64,000 nucleotides of DNA from Myxococcota bacterium (GTDB lineage Bacteria; Myxococcota; UBA727; JABDBI01): contig JAZKCZ010000002.1 of assembly GCA_040387835.1 (NCBI GenBank), positions 341,166 through 405,165 of the forward strand, written 5' to 3'. A program made the translations under genes and the position numbers. Position 1 is the first letter of the stretch. The number at the start of each line of letters is the position of its first letter. Shown piece after piece: positions 49,875 to 59,422 of the stretch. The notes under the pieces are model-generated. The model saw only the letters and a list, made by a program, of their open reading frames with translations, had not been told where the DNA came from and ran no database searches.

Positions 49875-50492
49875 ATGGCACGATATCGTGGTCCTCGTTT
49901 GAAAATTATTCGCCGTCTTGGCACACCTCTTCCCGGCTTAATGCGCACAGATCCGGATTTGAGACGACCTTATGGGCCGGGCCAACATGGTCCGACCAAG
50001 AAATCCAAACTCTCTGGATTTGCTTTGCGCCTAAGAGAAAAGCAAAAGCTACGTTTCCATTACGGCCTGAGCGAAAAGCAATTGAAGCGTTACGTTGCAA
50101 CTGCTTTCAGAGTCAAAGGAAACCCGGGTCTTACTTTACTCACAAGCCTAGAAAGCAGACTAGACAGCGTTTTGTTTAGAGCAGGTTTTGCACCAAGCAT
50201 TTCCGCTGCTCGGCAGATGGCTCGTCACGGTCATATTGCTGTCAACGGACGCCGCGTGGATATCCCATCCTACGCTGTAGAAGCTGGCGAAGTATTGGCT
50301 GTTCATGAAAAGTCCAAGATGAAAGAAGCCATTGCTGCAAACCGTCAAGATCCAAACAATTTGATCGTTCCAGCCTATTTGGCAACGGTTGAAGGAACTG
50401 ATCAAATCAAAATGACGATGATGCCATCCAGAGAAGACATCCCAGTCATTGTCAATGAACAGATGATTGTGGAATACTACTCAGGTAAGTAG
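49875..50492 (+). CDS. rpsD: 30S ribosomal protein S4
   Basis: MARYRGPRLKIIRRLG..., S4 RNA-binding domain. RBS aggagcaatt upstream. Confidence 0.95.
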   Translation: MARYRGPRLKIIRRLGTPLPGLMRTDPDLRRPYGPGQHGPTKKSKLSGFALRLREKQKLRFHYGLSEKQLKRYVATAFRVKGNPGLTLLTSLESRLDSVLFRAGFAPSISAARQMARHGHIAVNGRRVDIPSYAVEAGEVLAVHEKSKMKEAIAANRQDPNNLIVPAYLATVEGTDQIKMTMMPSREDIPVIVNEQMIVEYYSGK

Positions 50493-50501
50493 GATAAACA
50501 C

Positions 50502-51113
50502 ATGATGAACTTTTCGTGGATTTCGCAGTCAAGCTGGATCGCTCTAAGCGTTCTCGCTATCTTATTGGTGTTCTCGCTGGTTAGCTGGTCCATCATTTTG
50601 CTAAAAGTTTTCTCTTTGAGGAAAGCAAGCAAAAGATCTGCGGAATTTACGGATATGTTCTGGAAAGTCAGGCACCTTGATCAAGTATTCGAAGAATCAA
50701 GGCGTTTTGACCAAAGCCCCCTGGCTCAAGTTTTCAGAAAAGGTTATTTAGAAAAAGACGATATCGCTTTAGAGCACACGCTACGCAAAGCCAGCATGGC
50801 AGAGATGGCTGAGCTTGAAAGCATGATTCCTTTTTTAGCCACCGTTGGCTCAACCTCCCCCTTTATTGGTCTGTTTGGCACCGTTGTAGGCATCATGGCC
50901 GCTTTTCAAGAGATTGGCGCCAAAGGTTCCGCCAGTCTTGCCACCGTGGCTCCAGGCATCGCTGAAGCCCTCATCGCTACCGCTGCCGGCTTAATCGCCG
51001 CGATTCCAGCAGTGATTGCTTATAATTATTTTTCAAACCGCATTCGAGGCTTTGCGTCTGAGATTGACACTTTCTCGAATGACTTCTTAAACATCGTTCG
51101 CCGAAGTGCCTAA
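50502..51113 (+). CDS. MotA/TolQ/ExbB-family proton channel protein
   Basis: 3-TM pattern with the conserved C-terminal ...SLATVAPGIAEALIATAAGLIAAIPAVIAYNYF. No ExbD/TolR partner follows. Confidence 0.75.
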   Translation: MMNFSWISQSSWIALSVLAILLVFSLVSWSIILLKVFSLRKASKRSAEFTDMFWKVRHLDQVFEESRRFDQSPLAQVFRKGYLEKDDIALEHTLRKASMAEMAELESMIPFLATVGSTSPFIGLFGTVVGIMAAFQEIGAKGSASLATVAPGIAEALIATAAGLIAAIPAVIAYNYFSNRIRGFASEIDTFSNDFLNIVRRSA

Positions 51114-51811
51114 TGCTCCCAAAACACATTGCCATTATCATGGATGGGAATGGTCGTTGGGCCAAACAAAGGGGCCTCGGCCGCTTAGAAGGTCACCGTG
51201 CTGGCACCGACTCGGCGGCTGATATCGTTCGATACGCCGGTGAACTCGGTATTTCTTACCTAACGCTCTATGCCTTTTCTTCGGAAAACTGGAGCAGACC
51301 CAAAGAAGAAATCTCGGGTCTCATGAATCTGCTTAAAAATTATTTAAAAAAAGACGCGTCTGAGCTGATCGAAAAAGGCGTCCGCGTTAGAACCATTGGC
51401 AGCACGGACAAACTGCCACTGATGCTGCAAAGATCCTTGTCCGCCATTTGCGAAAAAACCAAACACGGCACCAAACTCAATCTAACCCTAGCTTTATCAT
51501 ACGGCTCAAGAGACGAAATCGTCAAAGCGAGTCAAAAAATCGCTCAAGATGTCGTGGATAAAAAAATAGCCATTAAAAATATTTCTGAACAGTTATTTGA
51601 AAAATATCTAGAAACAAAAGATCTACCCGATCCTGATCTATTTATCAGGACCAGCGGAGAAATGCGTCTGTCGAACTTTCTTTTGTGGCAGCTATCTTAT
51701 TCAGAGCTTTACATCACGCCGGTTTTTTGGCCTGATTTTAAAAGAGCGAATTTAGACGAAGCCCTGGAAAGCTACGCGAGTCGCAATCGCCGATTTGGAA
51801 AAAGCTCATGA
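51113..51811 (+). CDS. uppS: Undecaprenyl diphosphate synthase
   Basis: PKHIAIIMDGNGRWAKQRGL and a C-terminal RFG motif. Confidence 0.9.
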   Translation: MLPKHIAIIMDGNGRWAKQRGLGRLEGHRAGTDSAADIVRYAGELGISYLTLYAFSSENWSRPKEEISGLMNLLKNYLKKDASELIEKGVRVRTIGSTDKLPLMLQRSLSAICEKTKHGTKLNLTLALSYGSRDEIVKASQKIAQDVVDKKIAIKNISEQLFEKYLETKDLPDPDLFIRTSGEMRLSNFLLWQLSYSELYITPVFWPDFKRANLDEALESYASRNRRFGKSS

Positions 51812-52425
51812 ATTTATTGCTTCGCGTTTTAAGTGCCATTATTTTATTGCCAGGTGTTTTATGGCTATTTCACCAAAGCCACTGGCCCCTGATAACCCTA
51901 TTGGGAGTGATTTGGATCCTAAGCCTAATCGAATATGCTCGCATGATCAAAACCCCAAATAGCATCATGTTGATAGGCGGCATCTATATTACAGCGGGCA
52001 TCGCATCTCTCTACTTCTTGCGAGAAAAGGCCGGTTTCGAAGCGATTCTTCTCGTTTTCATCGCGACTTGGTCCAGCGATACCTTTGCCTATTTCACCGG
52101 TAGGGCCGTCGGCAAACATCCGATGGCTCCCAGCATTAGCCCAAAAAAGACCTGGGAAGGTTTTATCGGCGGCGCCATTGGTTGCGTCTTGGTTCCTGTA
52201 TTGTTGCGTGATTTACTGCTGCCACTTTCGCTAACGGATGTCCTTTGGGTATCCATACCTTGCATTGTGCTGGCACCACTGGGTGATTTAATAGAAAGCA
52301 AAGTCAAACGGGTGTATGGTGTGAAGGACTCAGGCAAATTATTGCCAGGCCACGGAGGGATTTTGGATCGCATCGATGCACTATTGCTTACGGCGCCTTG
52401 GGCCTATATCTATTTCTGCTTATGA
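51808..52425 (+). CDS. cdsA: Phosphatidate cytidylyltransferase (short form, 205 aa)
   Basis: C-terminal signature LLPGHGGILDRIDALL. 4-nt overlap with uppS. Confidence 0.8.
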   Translation: MNLLLRVLSAIILLPGVLWLFHQSHWPLITLLGVIWILSLIEYARMIKTPNSIMLIGGIYITAGIASLYFLREKAGFEAILLVFIATWSSDTFAYFTGRAVGKHPMAPSISPKKTWEGFIGGAIGCVLVPVLLRDLLLPLSLTDVLWVSIPCIVLAPLGDLIESKVKRVYGVKDSGKLLPGHGGILDRIDALLLTAPWAYIYFCL

Positions 52426-52943
52426 CCAGCAAGGCCCGCGAAGAAAGACGAAATGCAGCAGCTGAAATTGCAGCAAGTTTAATTGGCGGCAAAGCAGACC
52501 CAGATTTCGACCCCGTGCACTCTTCCTTGTGCGTTGCGGATGTCGTCATGATCGCTGGCGCGCCTTGGCTACGCGAAGCCATCGAAAAAGACTTTTGGAA
52601 AGACGAAAGCGGCTATAGAAAAATAGGCGGCGGCTCCAATACCCCAGAGATGCCCTACTTCTTTAGAAGTACCGCCAATCTGATTCACTTTTTAAAAAGG
52701 CAAAATCTTTATTATCCCAGAGGATCCATCGAGCCTAAAGTGGGCATGGCTTGTTTTTTCGACCAAGAAGAAAGAGGCCGGTTTAATTTTACGCCTGATC
52801 GCAGCGGTATTGTGGTGGAAGTGCATAAGTTTCAAGTGCGCGAAGTCATCATGGCTCCCAAAGGTCGTACAGTAAAGCGTGTCCCAATTATTGTAGGGGA
52901 TCGCATGGAACAGTCTTTAATTGGCTATTCCGACCTTCCCTAA
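52422..52943 (+). CDS. Hypothetical protein, possibly a papain-fold (CHAP/NlpC-like) Cys-His hydrolase. Tentative.
   Basis: The ATG at 52422 overlaps the cdsA stop (ATGA). Candidate Cys (SSLCVADVV) and His (VVEVHKF). Domain assignment is by eye only. Confidence 0.4.
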   Translation: MTSKAREERRNAAAEIAASLIGGKADPDFDPVHSSLCVADVVMIAGAPWLREAIEKDFWKDESGYRKIGGGSNTPEMPYFFRSTANLIHFLKRQNLYYPRGSIEPKVGMACFFDQEERGRFNFTPDRSGIVVEVHKFQVREVIMAPKGRTVKRVPIIVGDRMEQSLIGYSDLP

Positions 52944-53085
52944 AACTAAAATAACTGAGACCGCAAAAGCCAATACCACCAAAATCATGGTTCTCGTGGA
53001 GCTCACAGGCCTGGGTGTCAATTCCATCATCTCATGTTGATTTATCGTTTGCCTTTCACTTTGGCTTTCGTTTATCCATGAACTT

Positions 53086-54444
53086 ATGAACCAGAGAATT
53101 GAGAAATTCACTCTGAAAGCAATCCAGAGCTATCATCACACCTCATTAATTCATTTTGATGATCAAGAGACATTGGTGGAAGCGCTGGCTAGCCGGATCG
53201 GATTTGCAGGCGCAAACCCCGTGGCCTTTTTGTCTATTTTAGCGCGCCGCCCAGAAATGCGACTCAATGATTTGGACGAAGCGATCTTAACCGACCGCAC
53301 CCTGGTCAGAGCCAACAGCTTCAGAAACTCGCTGTTTCTCATGGCAAGCGTCGACTACCCACTTTATTTCAGAGCCCTCAGCCATCCGCTCAAAATGAGC
53401 AACCAGAGCAAACTTAACGCAGCCGGCATTGATGAAGACGATCTCCTGCGCATGCATCATCGCCTAGAAGACACCAATTTCCACATTCCTCAAAGTCACG
53501 AACAAGTGATGGAAATCTTATATCCCAAAAATCACGCCCTGCCTGTGGCCGATGTCCAAAAGCTACTGGTGCGTAAGTTATGCGAACTAGGCGTTCTGGT
53601 GCGCACGTACCATAAAGGTTGGAAGGGCAACGACTTTCTTTACGCGCTGACCAAAAATTGGTTTCCAGATTTCAAACTTACCTCAGAAAACCAAGAAACA
53701 GCCCGTTGTCAGCTCATCAGGCGTTACATTTCGACCTATGGCCCTGTCTCCAAAGAAGACATCATTTGGTGGACCGGCCTCAGTGAATCTCAAGTACATC
53801 GATCGCTATCGACCTTAAGACGCGAACTCAGCATCGCCCAAATAGAAGGGCACAAAGACGAAATGCTGGTTTTAAAAGAACGAGTTCAAAATATCAGACA
53901 ACACGGCAATTCAGATCACAGCATCGTATTTCTGCCGCCTTTTGATCCCTTCACCACCGCCTGGGTCACACGCAAGCGTACCGCCAAAAAGAGCGACTAT
54001 CCGTTCATCTACGACGCCGTAGGCAACGCCGCTGGCACGATTGTACATGAAGGCAAAATCATCGGCGTATGGCAGTTTAGAGACAGCAAAGACCACATTT
54101 TTGAATATCATCTGTTCGAGTCCTACCAAGACCTCAAAGGCGATGTTCACTTCTTGGCCGACCAATACGCCCACACCCTAGCCCGCATCTCCGGCTCCAC
54201 CGCAACCTACGTCTACGAACGCAAGCTTCCCGAACCCCTGCACAAACGCCCCCCAGGATCATTCCTATGGCCACTTGGCAAAGAACCCCCATTTAAGACT
54301 GCAGATCAAAATCTACTCAAAAGCCCATTGGAGCGTCGTACTTCCAACACTTTTAGAAGGCCTTATCTTAAAGATGAGCACGTAGCAGCTTCGGCTTCTT
54401 CGTCTGCCCCAGCTGCTGCAACGTGTTTGCAACATCCGCAATAA
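53086..54444 (+). CDS. YcaQ-family winged-helix DNA glycosylase-like protein (DUF1006)
   Basis: ...VFLPPFDPFTTAWVTRKR... resembles the YcaQ block LSPFDP..DRKR. About 400-aa core. The last ~40 aa are low-complexity and overlap the convergent gene. Confidence 0.6.
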   Translation: MNQRIEKFTLKAIQSYHHTSLIHFDDQETLVEALASRIGFAGANPVAFLSILARRPEMRLNDLDEAILTDRTLVRANSFRNSLFLMASVDYPLYFRALSHPLKMSNQSKLNAAGIDEDDLLRMHHRLEDTNFHIPQSHEQVMEILYPKNHALPVADVQKLLVRKLCELGVLVRTYHKGWKGNDFLYALTKNWFPDFKLTSENQETARCQLIRRYISTYGPVSKEDIIWWTGLSESQVHRSLSTLRRELSIAQIEGHKDEMLVLKERVQNIRQHGNSDHSIVFLPPFDPFTTAWVTRKRTAKKSDYPFIYDAVGNAAGTIVHEGKIIGVWQFRDSKDHIFEYHLFESYQDLKGDVHFLADQYAHTLARISGSTATYVYERKLPEPLHKRPPGSFLWPLGKEPPFKTADQNLLKSPLERRTSNTFRRPYLKDEHVAASASSSAPAAATCLQHPQ

Positions 54445-55372
54445 TTTCTTCTGCATTACCACCGATTTGTTGCTCATAAAGGCTGTCTCGGATGGCGCGC
54501 AGATGCATATCTATGTTTTCGATAAGCTGTTCGTCTCTACTACTACTCGGTGATAGCTGAGCAAATATTTGTATCCACCGGCGCGCTTTAGCCGTCAGCT
54601 GTGCAATATCGTCTGAAGACTGAGGCGATCTTGAAGACGACCTTTCCGGAGGTGGCGTCCTTGAGTACGGGCGATTCGAACGTCTGCTTTGCGAGAGCAC
54701 CTCGCGCGCTGCTGTTCCCAAATCGGGCATGCCCTCACTACTTGAATCAAAGGCCGAAAGCGATCCGTCCGAAATCGGTTCAAGCCGCCGCGCATTTGAA
54801 ACTTGACCCCTTCGTCGCGACACCGCAGTGATGGCCACTCTCTTAGGCTGTTGGACTGCAGCAGGGGCATTCTTAACATAGCCATATACTGTATAAAGTC
54901 CGCCCAAAACTGTGGCGACTAATCCAAAGTCTGCCAGCAGTGCAATATTGAATATCGATGCAGGACAAACACCGTCGTTATCGCTAGGCGGTATCGTCGA
55001 AGCAGCGGAATGAATTTCCGCCTTTTCCTCAATGGTAAATGAAAGAGCGCTGGAAAGTAACAGATCTGGTGCACCTTCATTGCCAATCCAAGTGAGCCCA
55101 GCGAGCACCCCGGCGAGCTCGCCTGTTCGAACGAAAACAAGTTGAACCCCTTGTTTGGCCAGGTGCCCACTTAACAAAGCTGGATAGCAAGCGGTGCCGA
55201 AAATCGGGTGCAAGGTGTTATAAGTTAGATGATATTCATTGCAAAGCTCAACGACGGCTGCAACTTGATCTTTGTTTTGTCCCTCAAAATTTTCAAATAC
55301 AAAATTTCGCCCTGTGATTGAAAATGCAGAAAGCGACAACGCCAGCGCTAGAACAAAAATCTGTTTTCTCAT
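54368..55372 (-). CDS. Hypothetical exported/membrane protein with Ser/Arg/Pro-rich cytoplasmic tail
   Basis: Signal peptide MRKQIFVLALALSLSAFS and one internal TM (IFNIALLADFGLVATVLGGLYTVYGYV). 77-nt convergent overlap with the YcaQ-like ORF. Confidence 0.45.
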   Translation of the reverse strand: MRKQIFVLALALSLSAFSITGRNFVFENFEGQNKDQVAAVVELCNEYHLTYNTLHPIFGTACYPALLSGHLAKQGVQLVFVRTGELAGVLAGLTWIGNEGAPDLLLSSALSFTIEEKAEIHSAASTIPPSDNDGVCPASIFNIALLADFGLVATVLGGLYTVYGYVKNAPAAVQQPKRVAITAVSRRRGQVSNARRLEPISDGSLSAFDSSSEGMPDLGTAAREVLSQSRRSNRPYSRTPPPERSSSRSPQSSDDIAQLTAKARRWIQIFAQLSPSSSRDEQLIENIDMHLRAIRDSLYEQQIGGNAEEIIADVANTLQQLGQTKKPKLLRAHL

Positions 55373-55381
55373 TGTTTCTTA

Positions 55382-55993
55382 TTGACGTTTGAAGCACGCA
55401 ATCTTATTTCCGAGGCTATGTCCACGCCTTTGCCGTCTTTAACCATGCTTCTGAGAAGGCCAACCACCTTTTTTAGAGAATTGTCTCCTGCGAGCTTAGG
55501 CCCGAAAGTCACGTTATTGGGCGTTTTCTGCTTATTTGTTGGCAACGTCTGCTCAGGGCTAACTCAATTTTTTTTGGCTAGCATTGATCCGGTCTTTTTT
55601 AACGGTATGATCAAACCTGCCGAAATTGTTCTGATGAAAAAGCAGGCTATTTTAACTTTGCTGTTTTCGCCCGCGATCGCTTTTTTTGGTATTTTCCTAT
55701 TTGCCAGCGCGCTGCATTTTCTGATTAAAAATTTGATCTCGGCGAATCTACCGACTTCCTATGAAACCACCGTGCGTCTGGTGGCGTTGGCTCAGGTGCC
55801 GATGCTATTTTCGATTGTGCCTCTTTTGGGTCCGATCATTGCGCCAATCTGGTCATTTATACTGTTAATGAAAGCTCTAAAGGGGTTTTATGGACTTTCG
55901 CTATTTATGGCGGTCATGTCTACCCTAGCCCCTGCCTTGTTTTTAAAATTGACCTGGGGCTGGGCTTTGCAGATGCTATCCCTTTCGTTGTAA
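55382..55993 (+). CDS. Yip1-like multi-pass membrane protein
   Basis: About 5 hydrophobic helices. Family assignment is tentative. Confidence 0.5.
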   Translation: MTFEARNLISEAMSTPLPSLTMLLRRPTTFFRELSPASLGPKVTLLGVFCLFVGNVCSGLTQFFLASIDPVFFNGMIKPAEIVLMKKQAILTLLFSPAIAFFGIFLFASALHFLIKNLISANLPTSYETTVRLVALAQVPMLFSIVPLLGPIIAPIWSFILLMKALKGFYGLSLFMAVMSTLAPALFLKLTWGWALQMLSLSL

Positions 55994-56014
55994 CTTATAC
56001 CCCTGGAGTCATCT

Positions 56015-57148
56015 ATGCGCTACATGCTGTTGATTGGTACCTTGGTGTTTTTTGGCTTGATGCTGTCTTGTGGAAAACCAACACCAATTAACCCAAGAGC
56101 GTTGGCCCAAGAAAACGCCTGTGTTCAGAGTTTGCAAATCGAAGACTACGAAGGCGCCAAAATCAGGTGCGAATTATGTTTAGAATACGATGAGTCAGTC
56201 GCTGCGTGCATGAACGGCATGGGCATCGTCGCCTATGCGAAGGGCAATACCGGCTCTGCCATTAGCTGGTTTACCAAAGCCATTAAACAAAGCAAAAACT
56301 TCGCTCAAGCGCGCAACAACTTAGGCGCCATCTATTTCAAACAAAACAATTTTTCGGACGCCATCCCTTATTTTAAAGCCGCCCTGGACATTGACCCGGG
56401 CTATGAAGATGCACGTTATAATCTAGGCCTAAGTTATCTTCGCATCGGCCAAAAAGCCAGTATCCAAAAAGATTTGCCAGTCGCTACGCAAAACTACACC
56501 CACGCTCGCAAAGAGTTCTTAAAGTTGATTGCCGTCAATCCCGCCTACGTGAACGGCTACCGAGATCTCGGCTTGGTGAAGACCTACGAAGCTGCTCTGC
56601 AGAAAAACGAGCAAAGTAGACAGGCAGACCTCAAAGAAGCCACCACCTATTTCGAAAATTGCCTTCAGGTGGATCCAGGCAACGAAACCTGCCACGAAAG
56701 CTACGGGCAAACCTTGCTTTACGAAAAACAATACGACGCAGCGCTTCAGCAATTTATCGAATGCTTAGCGAGCAACAAGAAAAACGCCGTCTGCATCGCT
56801 GGTACCGATAGCGCCTATCAAGGCAGCCAGTTTAAGAGCCAGTCTCTTAAATCATACGTTGACCAACTCAAGAAAAACCCCAACGACGCTGCGGGGCACT
56901 ACGGCTATTGCTCTATCTTGTTCCAAAATGGCATGACCGATTTAGCCGTCTCAGAGTGCCAAAAAGCCGTGCAGCTCAACAATAAAATCTGCCCGGCCTA
57001 CTACCAGCTAGGAATGCACTTCAAAAAGGTACTAAACGCCAACGAAGCGCTTTCTAACTGTCAGTCTTTTGCCCTTTGCGCTGGTCCTAAGGACCCAGAG
57101 CAAAGCAGACAATGTAACCGAGTTATTACAGCACTGAGTGGTTCGTAA
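56015..57148 (+). CDS. TPR-repeat lipoprotein
   Basis: Lipobox LMLSCG. Multiple 34-aa TPR-like units (…AISWFTKAIKQSKNFAQARNNLGAIYFKQNNFSDAIPYFKAALDIDPGYEDARYNLGLSY…). Confidence 0.65.
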   Translation: MRYMLLIGTLVFFGLMLSCGKPTPINPRALAQENACVQSLQIEDYEGAKIRCELCLEYDESVAACMNGMGIVAYAKGNTGSAISWFTKAIKQSKNFAQARNNLGAIYFKQNNFSDAIPYFKAALDIDPGYEDARYNLGLSYLRIGQKASIQKDLPVATQNYTHARKEFLKLIAVNPAYVNGYRDLGLVKTYEAALQKNEQSRQADLKEATTYFENCLQVDPGNETCHESYGQTLLYEKQYDAALQQFIECLASNKKNAVCIAGTDSAYQGSQFKSQSLKSYVDQLKKNPNDAAGHYGYCSILFQNGMTDLAVSECQKAVQLNNKICPAYYQLGMHFKKVLNANEALSNCQSFALCAGPKDPEQSRQCNRVITALSGS

Positions 57149-57150
57149 CC

Positions 57151-57681
57151 ATGGATTTAACAGAACCTTACTATTTAATTTACCTAAACGGACCGCTGTC
57201 AGGCCAAAAGATTGCTTTGGATCCTAAAAAGCCAGAGCTCATCATCGGGCGTTCTGCAGAGGCTGACATTGTCATCGACAGCAAAAACGTCTCTCGCAAA
57301 CAGGCGAAGATCAAACAAGATGTCGATGGTGTGTGGATCGAAGATCTAGGCAGCAAAAACGGCACGTTGCTTAAAGACGAACCCATCAATGCACCAACCC
57401 TGCTGCAAGATGCAGACGAAATTCGTCTAGGAGACCTCAAATTAGGCTTCGTCGATTCGAATGCCGCTATCTTAAAAAGACTCAGCATCATGCCTGCTTT
57501 TCAGGATCAAAATCCACCCGAAACACCTGCGCCTGCCTCCGAAGAACCTGCGGCAGAAGCATCTGCCCCAAAACCTGCCCCGGTTGAGTCTTCCCCATGG
57601 ATAGACTATGCCTACATTGGCCTAATGACCCTAGTGGTTATTGGGTTAATGGTAGGTGCATGGTTTTGGCTAAGGGGATAA
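57151..57681 (+). CDS. FHA-domain protein with C-terminal transmembrane helix
   Basis: IIGRSAEADIVIDSKNVSRKQAKI...GSKNGTLL FHA signature. Pro/Ala-rich linker. TM YIGLMTLVVIGLMVGAWFWL. Confidence 0.7.
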   Translation: MDLTEPYYLIYLNGPLSGQKIALDPKKPELIIGRSAEADIVIDSKNVSRKQAKIKQDVDGVWIEDLGSKNGTLLKDEPINAPTLLQDADEIRLGDLKLGFVDSNAAILKRLSIMPAFQDQNPPETPAPASEEPAAEASAPKPAPVESSPWIDYAYIGLMTLVVIGLMVGAWFWLRG

Positions 57682-59039
57682 AACAAGAAATTAAATTCGT
57701 TTGTGCAAGTTGCGGAACATCGTCGCCAAAATGGCTCGGTCGTTGCCCGGGTTGTCAGACATGGAATTCCATGACCGAAGAGGTCACCCAAGTCGGCCCT
57801 AAAAATCAGGGCTCGTCCAAAATCACAGCCCCGCAGCGCATCACTGATGTCCTTCACGAAACCAATCAACGCTTCCCCTTTGGGCAAAGCGAACTAGATC
57901 GAGTACTCGGCGGCGGCTTAGTCCCCGGCTCAGTAATCCTCTTAGGCGGCGAGCCCGGCATCGGCAAAAGCACATTGCTGCTCACCTGCGCTCACAAAAT
58001 GGCATCTCTAGGCAGGACAGTTTTATACGTGTCAGGCGAAGAGTCTATGTCTCAGGTCCGCATGACTGCTGAGCGCCTAAACGCCCTTCACGAAAATCTC
58101 TACTTACTCTCCGAAACCAACTTAGGCAGCGCTCTGGCAGCCATCGAGCAAATCAAGCCCCACATGCTGGTGCTTGACTCCGTGCAAACCGTATTTGCGC
58201 CCGAACTAGAATCTGCGCCCGGTTCAGTGAGCCAAATCCGAGAAGTAACCGCGAGAGTGGTGCATCTATCAAAATCCTTAGGCATGGCAACTTTCCTAGT
58301 GGGCCACGTGACCAAAGATGGCCAAATTGCCGGCCCAAGATTGCTGGAGCATATGGTCGATACGGTGTTGTATTTCGAAAGCACCCGAACCGGCCCGTAT
58401 CGTTTCTTAAGAGCCCATAAAAATCGCTTCGGCTCAACTCAAGAACTCGGCGTCTTCGAAATGCGCAGCGACGGTCTGAACGAAGTCACCAACCCTTCCG
58501 AATTCTTTCTCGCCGAACGTCATGGCGGCAAACCAGGCTCATCCATTGCTGTGGCCATAGAGGGGACCAGGCCCTTACTGGTCGAAGTGCAAGCCCTCTG
58601 CGTGCAAAGCTTCTTCGGTAATCCTAGACGCACCACGGTAGGCATGGACACGACCCGTTGCACCATGCTGGCAGCCGTTTTGGAAAAGCACGGTGGTCTA
58701 ACGCTTTCAGGCCACGATCTGTTCGTGAACGTCGCCGGCGGCGCTAACCTAATCGAACCCGCTGCTGACTTGCCGGTCGCAATTGCCATCGCATCCAGTC
58801 TAACTAACCGGCCGGTAGAAGCAGACATGGTGTGTTTCGGAGAAGTAGGCTTATCCGGCGAAATCAGAGGCGTGCATCGCGTGGAAGCCCGCCTACAAGA
58901 AGCCGCTCGCTTAGGCTTTAAAAGAGCCCTTTTGCCCAAAGCCAGCATGGACAAGCTGGTCGCACCACCAGGGTTCGCATTAATTCCTGTTAATTCTCTC
59001 AAAGAATGTCTAGATAAAGCGTTATGCCTTGGATCTTGA
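57666..59039 (+). CDS. radA: DNA repair protein RadA/Sms
   Basis: Probable TTG start giving MAKGIKQEIKFVCASCGTSSPKWLGRCPGCQTWNS (zinc ribbon). Walker A GGEPGIGKST, KNRFG motif, Lon-like C-terminus. The ORF track's ATG at 57597 would overlap the FHA gene by 85 nt. Confidence 0.9.
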   Translation: MAKGIKQEIKFVCASCGTSSPKWLGRCPGCQTWNSMTEEVTQVGPKNQGSSKITAPQRITDVLHETNQRFPFGQSELDRVLGGGLVPGSVILLGGEPGIGKSTLLLTCAHKMASLGRTVLYVSGEESMSQVRMTAERLNALHENLYLLSETNLGSALAAIEQIKPHMLVLDSVQTVFAPELESAPGSVSQIREVTARVVHLSKSLGMATFLVGHVTKDGQIAGPRLLEHMVDTVLYFESTRTGPYRFLRAHKNRFGSTQELGVFEMRSDGLNEVTNPSEFFLAERHGGKPGSSIAVAIEGTRPLLVEVQALCVQSFFGNPRRTTVGMDTTRCTMLAAVLEKHGGLTLSGHDLFVNVAGGANLIEPAADLPVAIAIASSLTNRPVEADMVCFGEVGLSGEIRGVHRVEARLQEAARLGFKRALLPKASMDKLVAPPGFALIPVNSLKECLDKALCLGS

Positions 59040-59422
59040 AGACCGAACCGTCCGCCTTCAGCTACGCCGATTTGGAACACGATAAAAAGACCTGCTGGGA
59101 TGGCGTGCGCAATTACCAAGCGCGCAACCATCTGAAATCGATGAAAAAAGGCGACGACTGCTTTATTTATGAATCGGTCGGGCCCAAAGAAGTTGTCGGA
59201 ACCGCCAAAGTCTCACGTGAGGCCTACCCCGACCCCAAAGACCCACAGTGGGTCTGCGTCGATATCACCTTAGGCAAAAGGCTAAAAAAAGCCGTAACCC
59301 TCGCAGAACTAAAAGCTCACCCTACGCTGAAAGAGATTAGCTTGGTGAAGCAATCCCGCCTAAGTGTTTGCCCCATTAGTGAGAAAGAGTGGGCTCTGAT
59401 TGCCAAGTTTCCGGATTTATGA
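59024..59422 (+). CDS. EVE (PUA-like) domain protein
   Basis: MPWILKTEPSAFSYADLEHDKKTCWDGVRNYQARNHLKSMKKGD is typical of EVE/thymocyte nuclear protein-like domains. Confidence 0.75.
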   Translation: MPWILKTEPSAFSYADLEHDKKTCWDGVRNYQARNHLKSMKKGDDCFIYESVGPKEVVGTAKVSREAYPDPKDPQWVCVDITLGKRLKKAVTLAELKAHPTLKEISLVKQSRLSVCPISEKEWALIAKFPDL

